Below, piece by piece: positions 25,186 through 38,088 of a stretch of 64,000 nt of DNA. Each line of letters starts with the position of its first letter. Position 1 is the first letter of the stretch. The translations under genes were made by a program, and so were the position numbers. The notes beneath the pieces were generated by a model, which was not told the origin of the DNA, made no database searches, and saw nothing but the letters and a program-made list of their open reading frames with translations. Origin of the DNA: Glaucostegus cemiculus (lineage: Eukaryota); NCBI GenBank assembly GCA_976551045.1, contig CDPCPM010000263.1, positions 4,092,001-4,156,000 on the forward strand, read 5' to 3'.

Positions 25186-26153
25186 ATAAGAAGTTAAGAA
25201 AATCGAATACTCCTTCTGTTAATTATCTCCATTTCTTCCCACCATAACTGGGAGATCATGATGGGCAGTGTTAATTGTTCCATTTGATCCAAATCCACAC
25301 TCTTTTACTAAATGAATGATTAGCACAGCAAGGATAGTGGCACTCTCTTCTACCAGGGTGGCAAACAGCTTATCCATTCTGGACAGAGAGGGTGGATGGC
25401 ACTGAGCTAAATGGGAGAACATGTGGCAGTGGTACAGGAGCAGGTCGTACACCTGCTCAAAGAAGTTCTGCCATTTGGTTAGATCCTGGCCAATAGTCCA
25501 CCTTGGTTACTGAACAGGTATCCCAGTTCTGATGATTTCAGTTCCTATCACCTCAGTTTTAGGGGATGAGAGTTCGCTATTTCCATTAGCCTTTGTGTGA
25601 AGAAGTGTTGCTGGCTTTATGTGAACAGGTTAACTCCAACTTAAGGTGATGCACTCTTGCTGTGTACCCCACCAGCACAACATTTTTTTGCATTCTGCTC
25701 AATCAGTCCCTCCATATCACACGACCCTCCAATCACAAGGGAATACAAGCCAAATCTACACAATGTAGCATCCCCTTCTATCTAAACTCAGTCTAACCCT
25801 TGGGAGGAGCCTTGCCCATCACTGATCAAATGGATTTACTCAGAGCTTTATGCCAACTGCAGCTTGGCTCCCATTGAGTCATCCAGATGAACAGGCCTCT
25901 GTCCCGGGTCTGTGGTTGGTTAGGAAGCTATGGTTGGTTGCAATTGAAAGGGGTGGGAGCAAAATCGTTCAGTCCCCTGCTGAAAAAATGGAAGTGGTAG
26001 TCGATGGCATATCTCTGCTACACTCACACTAGAGGGAAAGTTTCTTGGATGAGGGTGATCTCTGAGGAACCTTGACCTGTTATAATGCAGGAAAACTAGG
26101 GAAGGAATTTTAATAATTCAGAGTATTAGGAAGGCCAGGACCCTTAATGACTA

Positions 26154-26712
26154 TAAGATAAGATAAGATCTCTTTATTAGCCACATGTACATCGAAACAC
26201 ACAGTTCACTGGCCACTGCCTGTAAGGGGTTTGTACATTCTCCTCGTGTCTGTGTGGGTTCCCTCTGGGTGCTCCGGTTTCCTCCCACATTCCAAAGACG
26301 TACAGGTTAGGAAGTTATGGGCATGCTATGTTGGCACCGGAAATGTGGCGACACTTGCGGGCTGCCCCCCCAAAATAATCACTACACGAAAGATGTATTT
26401 CTCTATGTGTTTCGATGTACATGTGACTAATAAAGATCTGATCTTATCTTATCTGAAATGCATCTTTTGGGTAGAGTGTTCTGGGGGCAGCCTGCAAGTG
26501 TTGCCACGCTTCCGGTGCCAGCGTAGCATGCTCCCACAACTTCCTAACCCGTATGTCCTTGGAATATGTGAGAAAACCGGAGCACCCAGAGGAAACTCAC
26601 GCAGACATGGGGAGAACATACAAACTCCTTACAGACAGTGGCCGGAATTGAACCCGGGGTCACTGGCGCTGCGTAATAGCGTTATGCTAACCGCCACACT
26701 ACCGTGCCCGCC
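26154..26712 (-). mobile_element. Full-length SINE family A (host of a nested insertion)
   Basis: (AAGAT)n tail, CACACAGT|GAAATGCATC junction split by insertion, tRNA head at about 26650-26712. Confidence 0.85.
26206..26454 (+). mobile_element. SINE family A inserted antisense within another family A copy
   Basis: 5' truncated; V-domain and TAATAAAGATCTGATCTTATCTTATCT tail. Confidence 0.85.
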
Positions 26713-26999
26713 AGAGCTGTTGAAAGGTTGGTTTGGCTGCTGATGGAGCCTCACCATTATGTTGCAGAGCAAGATGTTGAGGGGGCCATAGGATTTTGTG
26801 TTGTTGGGGGTCTAGAAGCAGTGACCCCAGTACTGGCCAGGTGGAATTGGGTTTGCTTGGAGAATCACCAGGTTCCCCGGAGTGGATAGTTTATCGGTGA
26901 CAGCCCTGATCCATCACTACCTGGCAAAGAAATAAAACAAAGCAACATCACTGAGGGAGGCAGTAAAACACATGGATGACCAATTACCTGTGCAGCTAA

Positions 27000-27270
27000 T
27001 TGGTATTGGTTTAGCATTGTCACATGTACCAAGATGCAGTGAAAAGCTTTTGTTTGCATGTGATCCAGACAGATTATTCCGTACATAAGAACATCGAGTT
27101 AGTTTAAAAGGGAAAGAGCTCCCTACAGAATGCAGTGTATAGTGCTACAGTTGAAGAGGAAATGCAGTGCAGGTAGACAAATAAAGTGCAAGGATCATGA
27201 CGAGGTAGAATGAGAGATCAAGAGTTCACCTTTGTCATACAAGAAGTCCGTTCAAGATTCTTATTACAGT
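27000..27270 (-). mobile_element. Rex1/Babar-type 3' tail fragment
   Basis: TGGTATTGGTTT..ATTGTCACATGTACC..CAGTGAAAAGC; related to 55570-55672 and 62205-62372. Confidence 0.55.
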
Positions 27271-27874
27271 GGGGTCAGAATCAGAGTCAGGATCAGATTT
27301 ATGCAGGAATTTAAATTTGCCCACTATTGAAGAAGCACTTCAAACACACATATCATATATGTTTACACATTATAAATACTTGTGCATGTCCTTAAACAGC
27401 TTAATGATTATAGGGGAGGCCTGTGGTTGAGCTGTCCTTGTCACTGTGCAGACTTCTGCATGACTTAATCCATGTGGTCAAGTAAAATCAAACGTTCTGA
27501 AAAATAATCAGTAAACGCCTGAGAAACGCCCATGATCTTGATTTACTGGGAATCTCTAACTTAAGAGCCAGAAGATCTTAAAAGATTAAAAATCTAAATT
27601 CTGCAAAGAAAACTGGTGTAATTTTATTAAAATATCAACTAATTTTCTCTGGTGTAAATTGCAAGTTTGATCGCTTGGTGATTATAACAGGGCATTATCA
27701 ATTTATTGTGACTTTGCTGTGCAGGCTGATGCTCAGGGTGTTCGCTGGGTTGTGGTGTGAATGAGAGCTGGTTACTTGCTGAGGGAGGGACGCCTCGAAA
27801 TGTAACCAGCTGTCTGCAAGTGGGAGGCTTTTAAAACTGAGATAGGGAGAGTTCAAGGCCAACATTTTACTGTT

Positions 27875-28645
27875 AGGGTGAAGGGCAAGGCTGGCAGAAT
27901 TAAGGAACCCTTGCTGACGAGGGATATTGAAGCACCGGTCGTGGAAAGAAGGAGGCATATGTCAGGTATAGGTGGCTAGGATCAAGTGAGTCGCTTGATG
28001 TAGGTGTACACTTAAGGAGAAAATCAGGAGGGCAAAAAGAGGACATGAGATATTCTTGACAGATCAGGTAAAGGAGAATCCTATGAGATTCTGTAAGTAA
28101 GATATTTAATATACTTACAGAATTAAGGGTAGTTAGGGAGAGAATAGGTTCCCTTAAGGATCAGTGTGGTTGTCTAGGTGTGGAGCTACTGGACATGGGT
28201 AAGGCCTCAAATGAATACTTCTCATCTGTATTTACCATAGAGAAGGTGATGGAAGCTAGGGAATTCAGGGAAGAGAATAGTGATATCCTGAAACATATCA
28301 ATATTATGAAAGAGGAGTTGTTGGTGGTCTTGAGGTGCATGAAGGTGGATAAATCCCTGGGGCCTGACCAAGTGTATCCTAGGACATTGTGGGAAGCAAG
28401 GGAAGAAATCGCTGGGGCCCTGGCACAGATTTTTGTATCTTCCTCAGCCAGGGGTGAGTTGCTGGAAGACTGGAGGGTGGCTAATGTTGTGCCTTTCGAT
28501 AAGGGGGGCTGCAAGGTCAAGCCAGGGAATTACAGGTCAATGGGCCTTCCAGCAGTCGTGGGCAAGTTCTGAGAGACACAATCTATCTGTATTCAGAAAG
28601 GCAAGGTATGATTAAAGAGAGTTAGTGTGGCTTTGTTCATGGCAA
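27875..28645 (+). mobile_element. CR1 ORF2 fragment (linker and start of RT)
   Basis: NEYFSSVFT..KSLGPDQVYPRTLWEAREEIAGAL..DWRVANVVPFDKGG..PGNYR. Confidence 0.9.
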
Positions 28646-29877
28646 GGCAACCACTGCCATGCCTTGTCAGAATTTAAAATGATTTGATAAGATTGTATCT
28701 CCTTCTTCCAAAACAATCTACTCTGTTTATTCTCACAGGAAAGCATAAACCAGAAACATCAATACAGCTCAGCTGTGTATCTAATATATCTGCATCCAGC
28801 CACCTCCACCTGTCTCACCAACTCCTGAGCTCCCCCAGTAGAGGCTGTATTTTAAATTTATATACAAGCTTAGATTTCACAAGCTGAACAGGAAGTGTTT
28901 AGGGGAGTGGAAATGGGACAAAGTAATGAAGGAGTAATCTGAATCTAGTCCATCATTTCTCACATGGCAACCCTTTCGTCCCAGGAGTTAACCTACTGAG
29001 CCTTCTCCACACTGCCATGTAAGACTTCGGATGAGATCTTACCAAAGCCTTTAATAGTTGCAGTAATAATTTTCTACCTTGAAATAAAGGCTCGCATTCT
29101 ATTTGCCTTCCTGTACCTGCGTGCTAACTTACTGTGTTGTGTGTAGAAGAATAAGGTGGGTGGACAGGTTGCTTTGTGCCCCTTGCATGTGGCTCCCCCT
29201 TTAGAACAGAGCTCCCACTGTTACTATAACTGCAGTGTCAGAATGGTCTGACTTTGCCCACTTAATTTTAAACTTTATCTCTGCTACATCTTCTATTGCT
29301 CTGACGTGAGGTCTGTGTGTGGCACTCACGTTGCAGGTTCTGGGCGTGGCATGAGTCGAGTTGTGCTGAGTCAGCTTCCTTTATGGTGCCCGGGGGCAGA
29401 GATCTACAAAAGCAGTTGAAAAGCTGGCTGTTTCCATTGGTGACCCCAGCCAACAGAAGTCATGCAGCTGCAGTATGTAAGGTGTCAAGGAAAGGAGTCC
29501 CATTGTAAAATGCAATCAAAGCATTCAAGTCTCTCACATTTGCAATTAGTCACTGGGTCAGCATGGGCGAGTTGGGCCGAAGGGCCAGTTCCCGTGTTGT
29601 ATGACTCTATGACATGGTGACTGCTCCCATCAAAAGCCCCTTCAAACTCACCCTATTATCATCTTTGGGTGGTTAGCAATGCACCCCTCACCACCTCCTC
29701 CCCCTGCACTTGAATGTTCCATCATCACACCTTCAGCTGTTTCTTCTGATCCTGAGCCTCCTTATAAATCCTCCCTTCAATTCCCCACATGCCTCTAACT
29801 TATTAAAGCATAAACTTCAATATAGCTCACCTTTCTATCTCACGTGAATGTATCCAGCCACCCCTACTACCTATCTG

Positions 29878-30025
29878 GAGAAACAGGAGACTGCGGATGC
29901 TGGAAACTGGAGCAACACACAAGAAGCAGGAGGAACTCAGTGCGTCAGGCAGCATCTGTGAAGGGAAATGGATGTTCGGGTTTGATACCCTTCATATGGA
30001 CCCTCCAGCTATTTGTTTGTTGCAC
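29878..30025 (-). mobile_element. Penelope-like terminal fragment
   Basis: GAGACTGCGGATGCTGGAAACTGGAGCAAC..GGAACTCAG..GTCAGGCAGCATCTGTG; decayed hammerhead remnant. Confidence 0.55.
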
Positions 30026-30974
30026 CTCTACCTATCTCACTGACTCCTGAGATCCCCAGTAGTTGCTATTTTCCAAATTCATGTGTAAACTTGGATTTCA
30101 AAAGTTGAATGGAAGGTGGTTACATTTTGGATGGTTCCATACTAGTTAAGAATGTTATAAATGGGACAGAGGAAGGAAGGATTAGAATAACTTAGGCAAT
30201 TGTCACCAGCAATGGCTGATGCAATTCTAGTGAGGGGAATGTATTTGGAAAAAAGAAAAGTGTGAGCTTTATGAAGGGGGTTACAATTGAGGAGGTGAAC
30301 ATGTAAGACCCAACAGTCCTGGCTATCCAACACCTCCAGCCATTTCAAAGCAGAATCAACAGAACCCGTAGAATGTTTAATCATATTGCCAAAAGACTGG
30401 AATACAAACCAGACAACAGAGAAGCCAGATTGAACCACTTTGTGCAAAAAGCTATGCTGAGTTCTGTAAACTAGAGGTGAAAAAATGAACCCTGACAAGA
30501 TAGTATCTACCAGGATGATGGAACACTAAACTCACTTGTGGGTCAGCGGTGAAGCACTCGAGGAGGCTCTAGAGGTAAATTAACTGGAGATGGAAATGGG
30601 AAAGGTAAATCAGGGTTATTACTTTTAAGGTAAAAACCAGGGGACATATTTTCAAATTTAATGTATTTAACCAATAATTGTAAATTCTTGTTTATACTGA
30701 GAGTAATTGTTACATAGTTATTAGGTGCTGATTCAACAGACATATTTATTCAGCTGCTGAAGAGTTCAGCCCCCATCCTTGAAATAGGTGTGTGAGATCA
30801 GTTCTAACCATCTGAGAGGTTGATTCCTTGATTTAACATCTTGTAATTTATATTGTTCATGTCTATGAGAGCTATGGGTACCATGTGGTCAGATTCTGGT
30901 TATATTGCATTAATCATTAATCATGAAAATCCATCCTATTCACCTGCCTTTTTAAACACCAACGTAATGACTAT

Positions 30975-31357
30975 CCATCATCACAGACCCCCACCATCCC
31001 CTGCCATCTTCTCGCAGCTCCCATCGGGCAGGAGGTACAGAAGCCTGAAGTCCCACACCCCCAGGTTCAAGAACAGCTACTTCCCTTCAACCATTCTGTT
31101 CTTGAACCAACTGGCAAAACCCTAATCACCAGTACAGTTTGGCAACACTATGACCACTCTGATCTCTTTGAGCTGAATGGACTTTGATTTTTTTTGTTCT
31201 AATTGTGTTTTCCTTGTAAAAATGTGTATAATTTATGTTTTTCTTGCGGGTGCTACTTATATGATGCAATTTGCCTGTGATGCTGCCACAAGTAAGTTTT
31301 TCATTGCACCTGTGCACACATGTACTTGGCCATATGACAATAAACTGTCTTTGACTC
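30975..31357 (+). mobile_element. Rex1/Babar LINE 3' end
   Basis: FSQLPSGRRYRSLKSHTPRFKNSYFPSTILFLN; 3' UTR ends GACAATAAACT. Confidence 0.85.
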
Positions 31358-31949
31358 TGAATCTTTGGAGTTTACATTGGCAGTGAAAATTGGGTATTGG
31401 TTCTAAGGCAGGAACCAAGAGTGAGAGAAAGATATCGCAGTTCAGTAGACAGAATGGTATATTGGTGAGCTGGAATATTATGAGGCCATTTGCTCCATAC
31501 ATGGAAGGGATGTAGATGTTCCTGAGAGCAAATGATGTTGTTGGCATCCATGGGAGGATAGAGAATGGAGACAAGAGTCTATGTAAAAATAAGGAGGCAG
31601 TATTATTACTGGTATTTAGGGCTAGGACATGAAAAATGCTCATTAACACCACAGACCACAGATGAAATCTCCAAAAAGGATATTTTGATCGGATATTTAA
31701 ATCCTGCGCCTTTGGAGATTTTTTTCCAAGTTACACATTACATGTAATCAGTTACCAGAAGAGACTCAAATATGTCATCATGGTAAAGACCCCGGCTAAA
31801 AAATACAACGTTCAGATCTTTTTAGCTAGGGTGCTGTGGGATTGTTTGGTGTGTGGGCTGTCAGACCAGAGAGGTTTCAGGTAGAGTTGTTTGATACCTG
31901 GCTCTGATGTTTTTGGGAAGTGTGCAGGATATCCAGGAGTACGTAAAGC

Positions 31950-32500
31950 GCAGTGATGAATGTGAAGCTGTTTTACTCAGGACACAGCCGAGTGCAGGCT
32001 TACCGACGTGGTAACAGCAGCGTTGCTTTTATCTTTGCGGCTGGGTCGGTCATGTTGATGTTATGAGGACCTTCGGTAGGAGAACAGCAGGTCGTCTGAG
32101 TGGTAATGGCAGCGAGTTGCAAGTCATGTGCATGAGAAGGGCAGGAAGCCTTGCAATGAACCGTCCTGGAAGTCATCCAGACTCAGAATGCAAGTTCAGG
32201 ATGACCTCGTGTTTTAATTGTGGCTAGCTTGGGCAGATAGGGAGGCAGTGAGGCAGTTCCTCAAGAAGGCAGCTGATGGTAAGGATGGTGGTCCCTATTT
32301 GCCTTGGATGGAAGAGGGAATAAGTCCAGAATAGTCCCATTGGGTTCTTCTTTCCTTCACAACTGATTCTGTAGACCAATGTGCAATCCTCATCACCAAT
32401 GGAAACTCCAGAGATCCTTCTCTATGTTGTTGTTTAGCAGGGCAAGAGAATAGAATAAGTCTTCTAGCCAAACATCCTTTGTTGATGGCTGACCGTGGTA
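31950..32500 (+). mobile_element. Decayed Gypsy gag remnant
   Basis: GSHPDSECKFRMTSCFNCG*LGQIGRQ* at about 32165-32250 resembles the Gypsy gag zinc-knuckle region (H....C.F....CFNCGK.GHI.R.C). Confidence 0.45.
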
Positions 32501-33559
32501 GTTAATACAACAATGTAACCAAAATCTTACCACACGTTACATATTGTTCTTAGAGGTACATACTCACACAGGAAGAGGAGGAGTTGAGTTTGATAAATGG
32601 AGTTTACTGTACATCTGTAGCAGTAATGTACATTAGCAGACCCTTTGGTAGTTGAAGATAACACGATCAGTACACATGTTGACCCTAGTGCAAGCTGATC
32701 AGTCAGTTAAGGTATCTCAAGCACTCTTCATGAGGATAATTAAGCTGGGGTTGAGCACTAAAGCAGAAGCAAGTCTCTAGGTTCAGGGGTAGATAGACTG
32801 ATGTGGTGACATTCCAGAGCCATGCACATAGATCGAGCCAGAAGAGTTGAAGGACTTGAAGGACTGTAGTGTTGGGCAGTGAGGAGATAGAACATAGAAC
32901 ATAGATGCCTACAGCACAATTCAGGCCCTTCAGCCCACAAAGCTGTGCCGAATGGCGATCCTGGAGCCATTCTAGTTGTGGGGTGCACCAGCCTTGCTCA
33001 AGTAGGTCACTCTTCAGGTGAATTCCAGAGGTACCAAGGAGCCTACAGTTCACAAACATGGCCGCACCGGGACTGTCAGCTGCATCATGAATGGAAAGGT
33101 GGAAGCTGCTCTTCTCTCTGGGAAGGTAAGTGGAGGTATGTCTGGTGGAGGAGGCAACTCCCTCCACAGAGATGAGTGTAGTAATTGTACAGTCTCTTCC
33201 ACTATGCCAGGTCTGTCCAACTGATTAAAATGACCTCACTTGGTCAAGCTTCTCACCTTCTACGATGCTACTAAATTCCAGCAATGCTACAGCCCTCGTC
33301 CATCACTCCAGTGAACCTGTTGTCTGAGAGGGAGGAACTCATCTGAAGATGACCATTTGCAGTGTCTTCTAGCGGAGGAGGAGTTGGGTCAATACATGAA
33401 ATGGCTGTGTGCACAAGGGATTGTTAGTGCATCCCACAGTGTGGAGCCAGGGGCTGTAGTGGAGTTGCACAATAGCATATAGAAAGTTGGTACTCTCAGG
33501 CATGAGGCTGTGGCGTGAGGTTTGGAACATGAATTATTGCCAAAGGGATATTCCTCATT

Positions 33560-33845
33560 AAAGAGGGGACATAATTTTAAGGTGATTAGAGGAAGGTATA
33601 AGGAGGATGTCAAGGGTAAGTTTTTTACACAGCGAGTGGTGGGTGTGTGGAACGCACTGCTGGCAGAGGTTGTGGGGCAGATACATTAGGGACATTTAAG
33701 AGATTCTTAGACACATGAATTATAGAAAAATAGGGGGCTATGTGGGAGGGAAGGGTTAGATAGACCTTAGAACAGGATAAAATGTCGACACAACATTGTG
33801 GGCTGAAGGGCCTGTACTGTGCTGTAGAGTTCTATGTTCTACGTT
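33560..33845 (+). mobile_element. Young CR1 3' end
   Basis: Near-identical to 24655-24950. Confidence 0.85.
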
Positions 33846-35924
33846 TAAAAGGATTGTGTGTTTTTTGAGACTTGGATGTTTGCAGTGTTATCCAGCAAGA
33901 GCTGCTCACGTGTTTTCTTTGTTGGGAAGAAACAACTAAAGCAAATACTGCAGGACAACAGTTGGGAGATGCTTGGATAGCAGGTGTCCATGGTGGTAGC
34001 TTCACAGGAGGCAACTGTGAGGGGGAGTGGGGACATTACAGGACACAGCACCCAGAAAGCCATAAGAACAGATCAGTGTGGGTTGTCCTAGAGTGATGAA
34101 CAATCTTGATGAGCAGGTCGGTGAGGGCTGTGGTAGAGACAATGACCTTGCTTTTTCTGGGCTATAGGAATGGTCACAGTTTTCAGCAACAAGCAGTCCA
34201 GAGAGGACTCAGTCACTTGTTCAGATGGTATAAGGGAACAGGAATACAGTGGCAATGTAGAGGTGAGAAGCTCAACGTAGGGTGTTCTAGTGAGGTCATT
34301 TCCATTAGTGGACAGACCTGGCATAGTGGAAGAGACTACACAGGTTCTAGAAAATGGTGCAGTGTGTACAACGTGCATGGTGCTGCTGAGTGGCCTGAGC
34401 GGGAAGCCTTGAGGGAGGATTGTGTAATGATGTGGAGGCTATTTAAATAGGCCAATGGTCCCATGTTACCACAGACCTGTATGCATCAATGTTAGCTCAG
34501 TAGACTGTAGCTAAGATGCGGCAGAGAACTGGGATGGCTGAGTTCTGCGCACTGGAAACTATCCAGAGAGGAAAGGATAGAGATCATGACTGCCTAACTT
34601 GGAAAGGGCCAATAGACAAAGGGAAAAGTGGAGAGTCTGTGGAGAATTGAGGTGAGAGTTGAGATCCAAAACAGAATGTTGGTGAAAACAATTAGGTGGG
34701 AAGCTTAGAAAAGAAATTAACTTAGACATTTTTATACTGGGTTATGGAAGTATTTCAGTAACCTTGTGTATTTGCAATACTGCAGTAGCTAATGAGTTGT
34801 TTTTCTATATTAAGTGGTGTTGAGAAATGTATTTATGGTCCTGTACAATTAAAGTAATTCTTTAGTTCAAGATGTGAGATTTGTTGCATGTGAAGGGCAT
34901 TGTTCAGTCATTTATTGGGTTTATTGGTATCAGGCGCACACTATTGAATTATTCAGTGGTTCATGTTGTCGTGTTTTAGTCAAGAAAAGAAGTAGATCAA
35001 TGGGTAGTTTTGTAAATGTGTTTTGTATATTAGTTGTTTTTATAATTTTGCAAGTAAATAGGCTTTGGCTAAAAATGATATGCAGGTAGCTATTGTTATT
35101 CTGGATTCGTTACATTTTAGGGGAAGGCATAGGCTGTGTGGATACCTTTAAGAACGAGCGCGCCATGGTGTATGCTGTGGGATATGTTGTTGAATCTACC
35201 ACCGCTATTAGTTGGTGACGTTGGCCATCAGTAAAGGATGCTTGGCTGAAAGCTCTGTCCCATTTACTTACCTTACTGAAAACCAGTACAAGGAAGAACG
35301 TATGTTTACTCACTTCATATAACACCCTTGACAGCACTCCCTCAACGTTCCACTAGGGGTATCGGCCTGTAGATTCTGTCCCTGGAGTGGGATTCGAACC
35401 TGTGAGCATGTAATTCAGAGATGAGTTCTACCACAAACTAATGGGCTAATAGTGGCCCTTTAAGTGAGGTTTGCTCTCTGCCCTCCTGAGATTGTGTCCA
35501 AGTAAACTCATCTATTGGCTGTAGTTTGTGGTGTGATAAAATATAAACACAGCGGGTTAAGTTGTTCACACATAGTTTTCCCCGCTTGACGAGTTGCCCT
35601 CTCAAAACACAACTGCCAGCTCACCGAGAGGTTATGTTCATTGTTTTTCTTTGTGTTAATCTTTCACCGGCATACAGCACCCTTTAATATTGGGAAATCT
35701 TTGTCCAGGATTACATGGCAGGCTTCGATGCATCACCGAAAAATTCTAACACATCAGAAGATCTGGCTCTCCACACAGTGCACTTATCCCAATGGCAAGC
35801 AAAATTTGTCATTTGGCCATCACTTCTTCACAGCTAAATTAGTGATCACAGATATAAAATCAGCATTGGTCCCAGTGTTCCATTTACAAAACATTGCCAT
35901 GTATGTGGACCTGAGCTGCACAGC

Positions 35925-36871
35925 ATAAAGGTGTGCTTGCTTTTATTAGTCAAGGCATTAAGTTCAAGAGTCAGGAAGTTATGTTGCAGCTTTATAAAAC
36001 TCTGGTTAGGCTGGACCTGAAGTATTACATTCAGTTCTGGTCGCCCCATTATACAAGAGCACGTGAGGGTTTGGAGAGGGTGCAGAAGAGGTTTACCAGG
36101 ATAAGATAAGATATCTTTATTAGTCACATGTACATCGGAACACAGTGATAAGCATCTTTTGCGTAGAGTGTTCTGGGGGTAGCCCGCAAGTGTCACCACG
36201 CTTCTGGCGCCGACATAGCATGTCCACAACTTCCTAACCCGTACGTCTTTGGAATGTGGGAGGAAACCGGAGCACCCGGAGGAAACCCACGCAGACACGG
36301 GGAGAACGTACAAACTCCTCACAGACAGTCGCCGGAATTGAACCCAGGTCTCTGGTGCTGTAAAGTGTTATGCTAACCATTACACTACCATGATGCTGCC
36401 TGGATTAGAGCACATGTGCTGTGGGGAGAGGTTGGACGAACTTGGGATGTTTTCTCTGGAGCAGCAGAGGCTGAGGGGAGATCTGATAGAAGTTCATAAG
36501 ATTATGAGATCTATAGATAGAGTGGACAGCTGGTATCTTTTTCCCAGAGTCAAAATGTCTAATACTAGAGGGTATGTAAGGTGAGAGGGGGTGAGTTCAA
36601 AGGAGATGTGTGGGGCAAGTTTTTACACAGGGAGTGGTGGGTGCCTGGAATGTGCTGCCAGAGGTGGTGGTGGAGGCAAATATAACAGAGGCATTTAAGG
36701 GCCTCTTAGATAGGCACATGAATGCGCAGAGAATGGAGGCATATGGACATTGTGTAGACAGAAGGGATTACTTTAGCTAGGCATTTAATTACCAGTTTAA
36801 TTAATTCAGCACAACGTTGTGGGCTGAAGGGCCTATTCTGTGCTGGTCTGTTCTATGTTCTATGTTCTATG
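35925..36871 (+). mobile_element. CR1 3' region interrupted by a SINE
   Basis: VMLQLYKTLVR..QKRFTR|MLPGLE..ERLDELGMFSLEQQRLRGDLIEV; (TGTTCTA)n tail. Confidence 0.88.
36103..36392 (-). mobile_element. SINE family A, near full length
   Basis: (AAGAT)n tail joined to host CCAGGAT; host resumes ATGCTGCC. Confidence 0.9.
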
Positions 36872-37072
36872 CTCTTTTAAATGTTGTTATTGTACCTGCC
36901 TCAACTACTTTCTCTGGCAGCTCGTTCTATATACACACCACCCTCTTTGTGAAGAAGTTGCCCGTCAGGTCCCTTTTAAATTCCACCCCCCCCCCCCCCC
37001 ATCCTAAACCTATACCTTCCAGTTTTTGATTCCCTTTCCCTGGGAAAAAGACTGAGTGCATTCACCCTGTCT
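36872..37072 (-). mobile_element. CR1 fragment
   Basis: Homologous to 16410-16600 (TTTTAAATGTTGTTATTGTACCTG..GAAGAAGTTGCCC). Confidence 0.75.
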
Positions 37073-37854
37073 AGGACTTATAGCCCCATATGTGCCCTCA
37101 CTGGAAGTAGTTTCTCTCCATTTACCCCATGAGAGCTGAATTTATGATGGTTTGATGAAAAACCTCGCTAAATTCTGCTTTAATTTCAAGCCCTAGTTTA
37201 TGTAACACCTCCTGGAGTCCAGGGTTCATTCTGATGAATCTAAACTGCACTTCCTCCAAAGGTCAATATATACTTCGTAAGGTATGGTGCATAGAAATGA
37301 CTAGGTTGAGGTTATGATCTGACCAGGACTTAATATAACTGCAGTATGACTTCTACCTCCCTGTAGTCAGGTCCTCTGGATACATAGCCAGCATCTTGTA
37401 AGTGTCTGATTATTTTTCTATCATGGCCTATGGCATTTTTATGTCCGTCATCTCCCTTTGAACCTCCACTGCTTCTTTTTCACCTTTTGGATAATCTATC
37501 CTTTAGGTTCAGGAAGATGACTTCACATCTGTCTACATCAAGGTCCATTTGTTGCAGTTTGCTCAGTCCACTAACACACATCTTTGTAATTCTAATTCCT
37601 TACGATGCAATCTATCTTTGTGGTTTTCTCTCCTATTACCAAGTCACTTCCACAGGTCCTTGCACACTCCATGAGCCCCATGCTCCTGCCTATTCTTCTT
37701 ATCATCAGCTCTTGCCCTGCAGTTAATTTCCTAACCAGATCTATGGACCTACAGCGATAAGGATAGCTCAGATAGACATCTTGGTCAGCATGGATAAGAA
37801 GGGCCTCTTTCCGTGTTGTCTAACTCTATGACTCTAAGCATGGTGAAAATTTTA

Positions 37855-38000
37855 CAAAACTGCAGACGAGGAGATCTGAAATAAAACAAACAGGCAATGC
37901 TGGAAACACTCAGCAAGTCAGGCAGAGTTAACATTAACTCTGTTTCTCTCTCCGCAGATGCAGCCTGACCTGCTGAGGGTTTCCGGCGTCATTTTCTGTT
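37855..38000. mobile_element. Fold-back of two Penelope-like terminal fragments
   Basis: TGCTGGAAACACTCAGCAAGTCAGGC pairs with GCCTGACCTGCTGAGGGTTTCCGGCG around GAGTTAACATTAACTC. Confidence 0.55.
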
Positions 38001-38017
38001 GAGATGAGGAGGGTATT

Positions 38018-38088
38018 GGTGGAGTGGGATGGTGGGGTGGTGGAGTGGGATGGTGAGGTGGTGGAGTGGGATGGTGAGGTGGTGGAGG
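38018..38088. repeat. 21-bp G-rich tandem repeat (about 3.3 copies)
   Basis: GGTGGAGTGGGATGGTG(A/G)GGT units starting at 38018, 38039, 38060. Confidence 0.85.

Noticed and set aside
26231-26743. 170-aa ORF and similar ORFs at 8294, 35846, 41955
   Set aside because: Chance reading frames through SINE family A copies.
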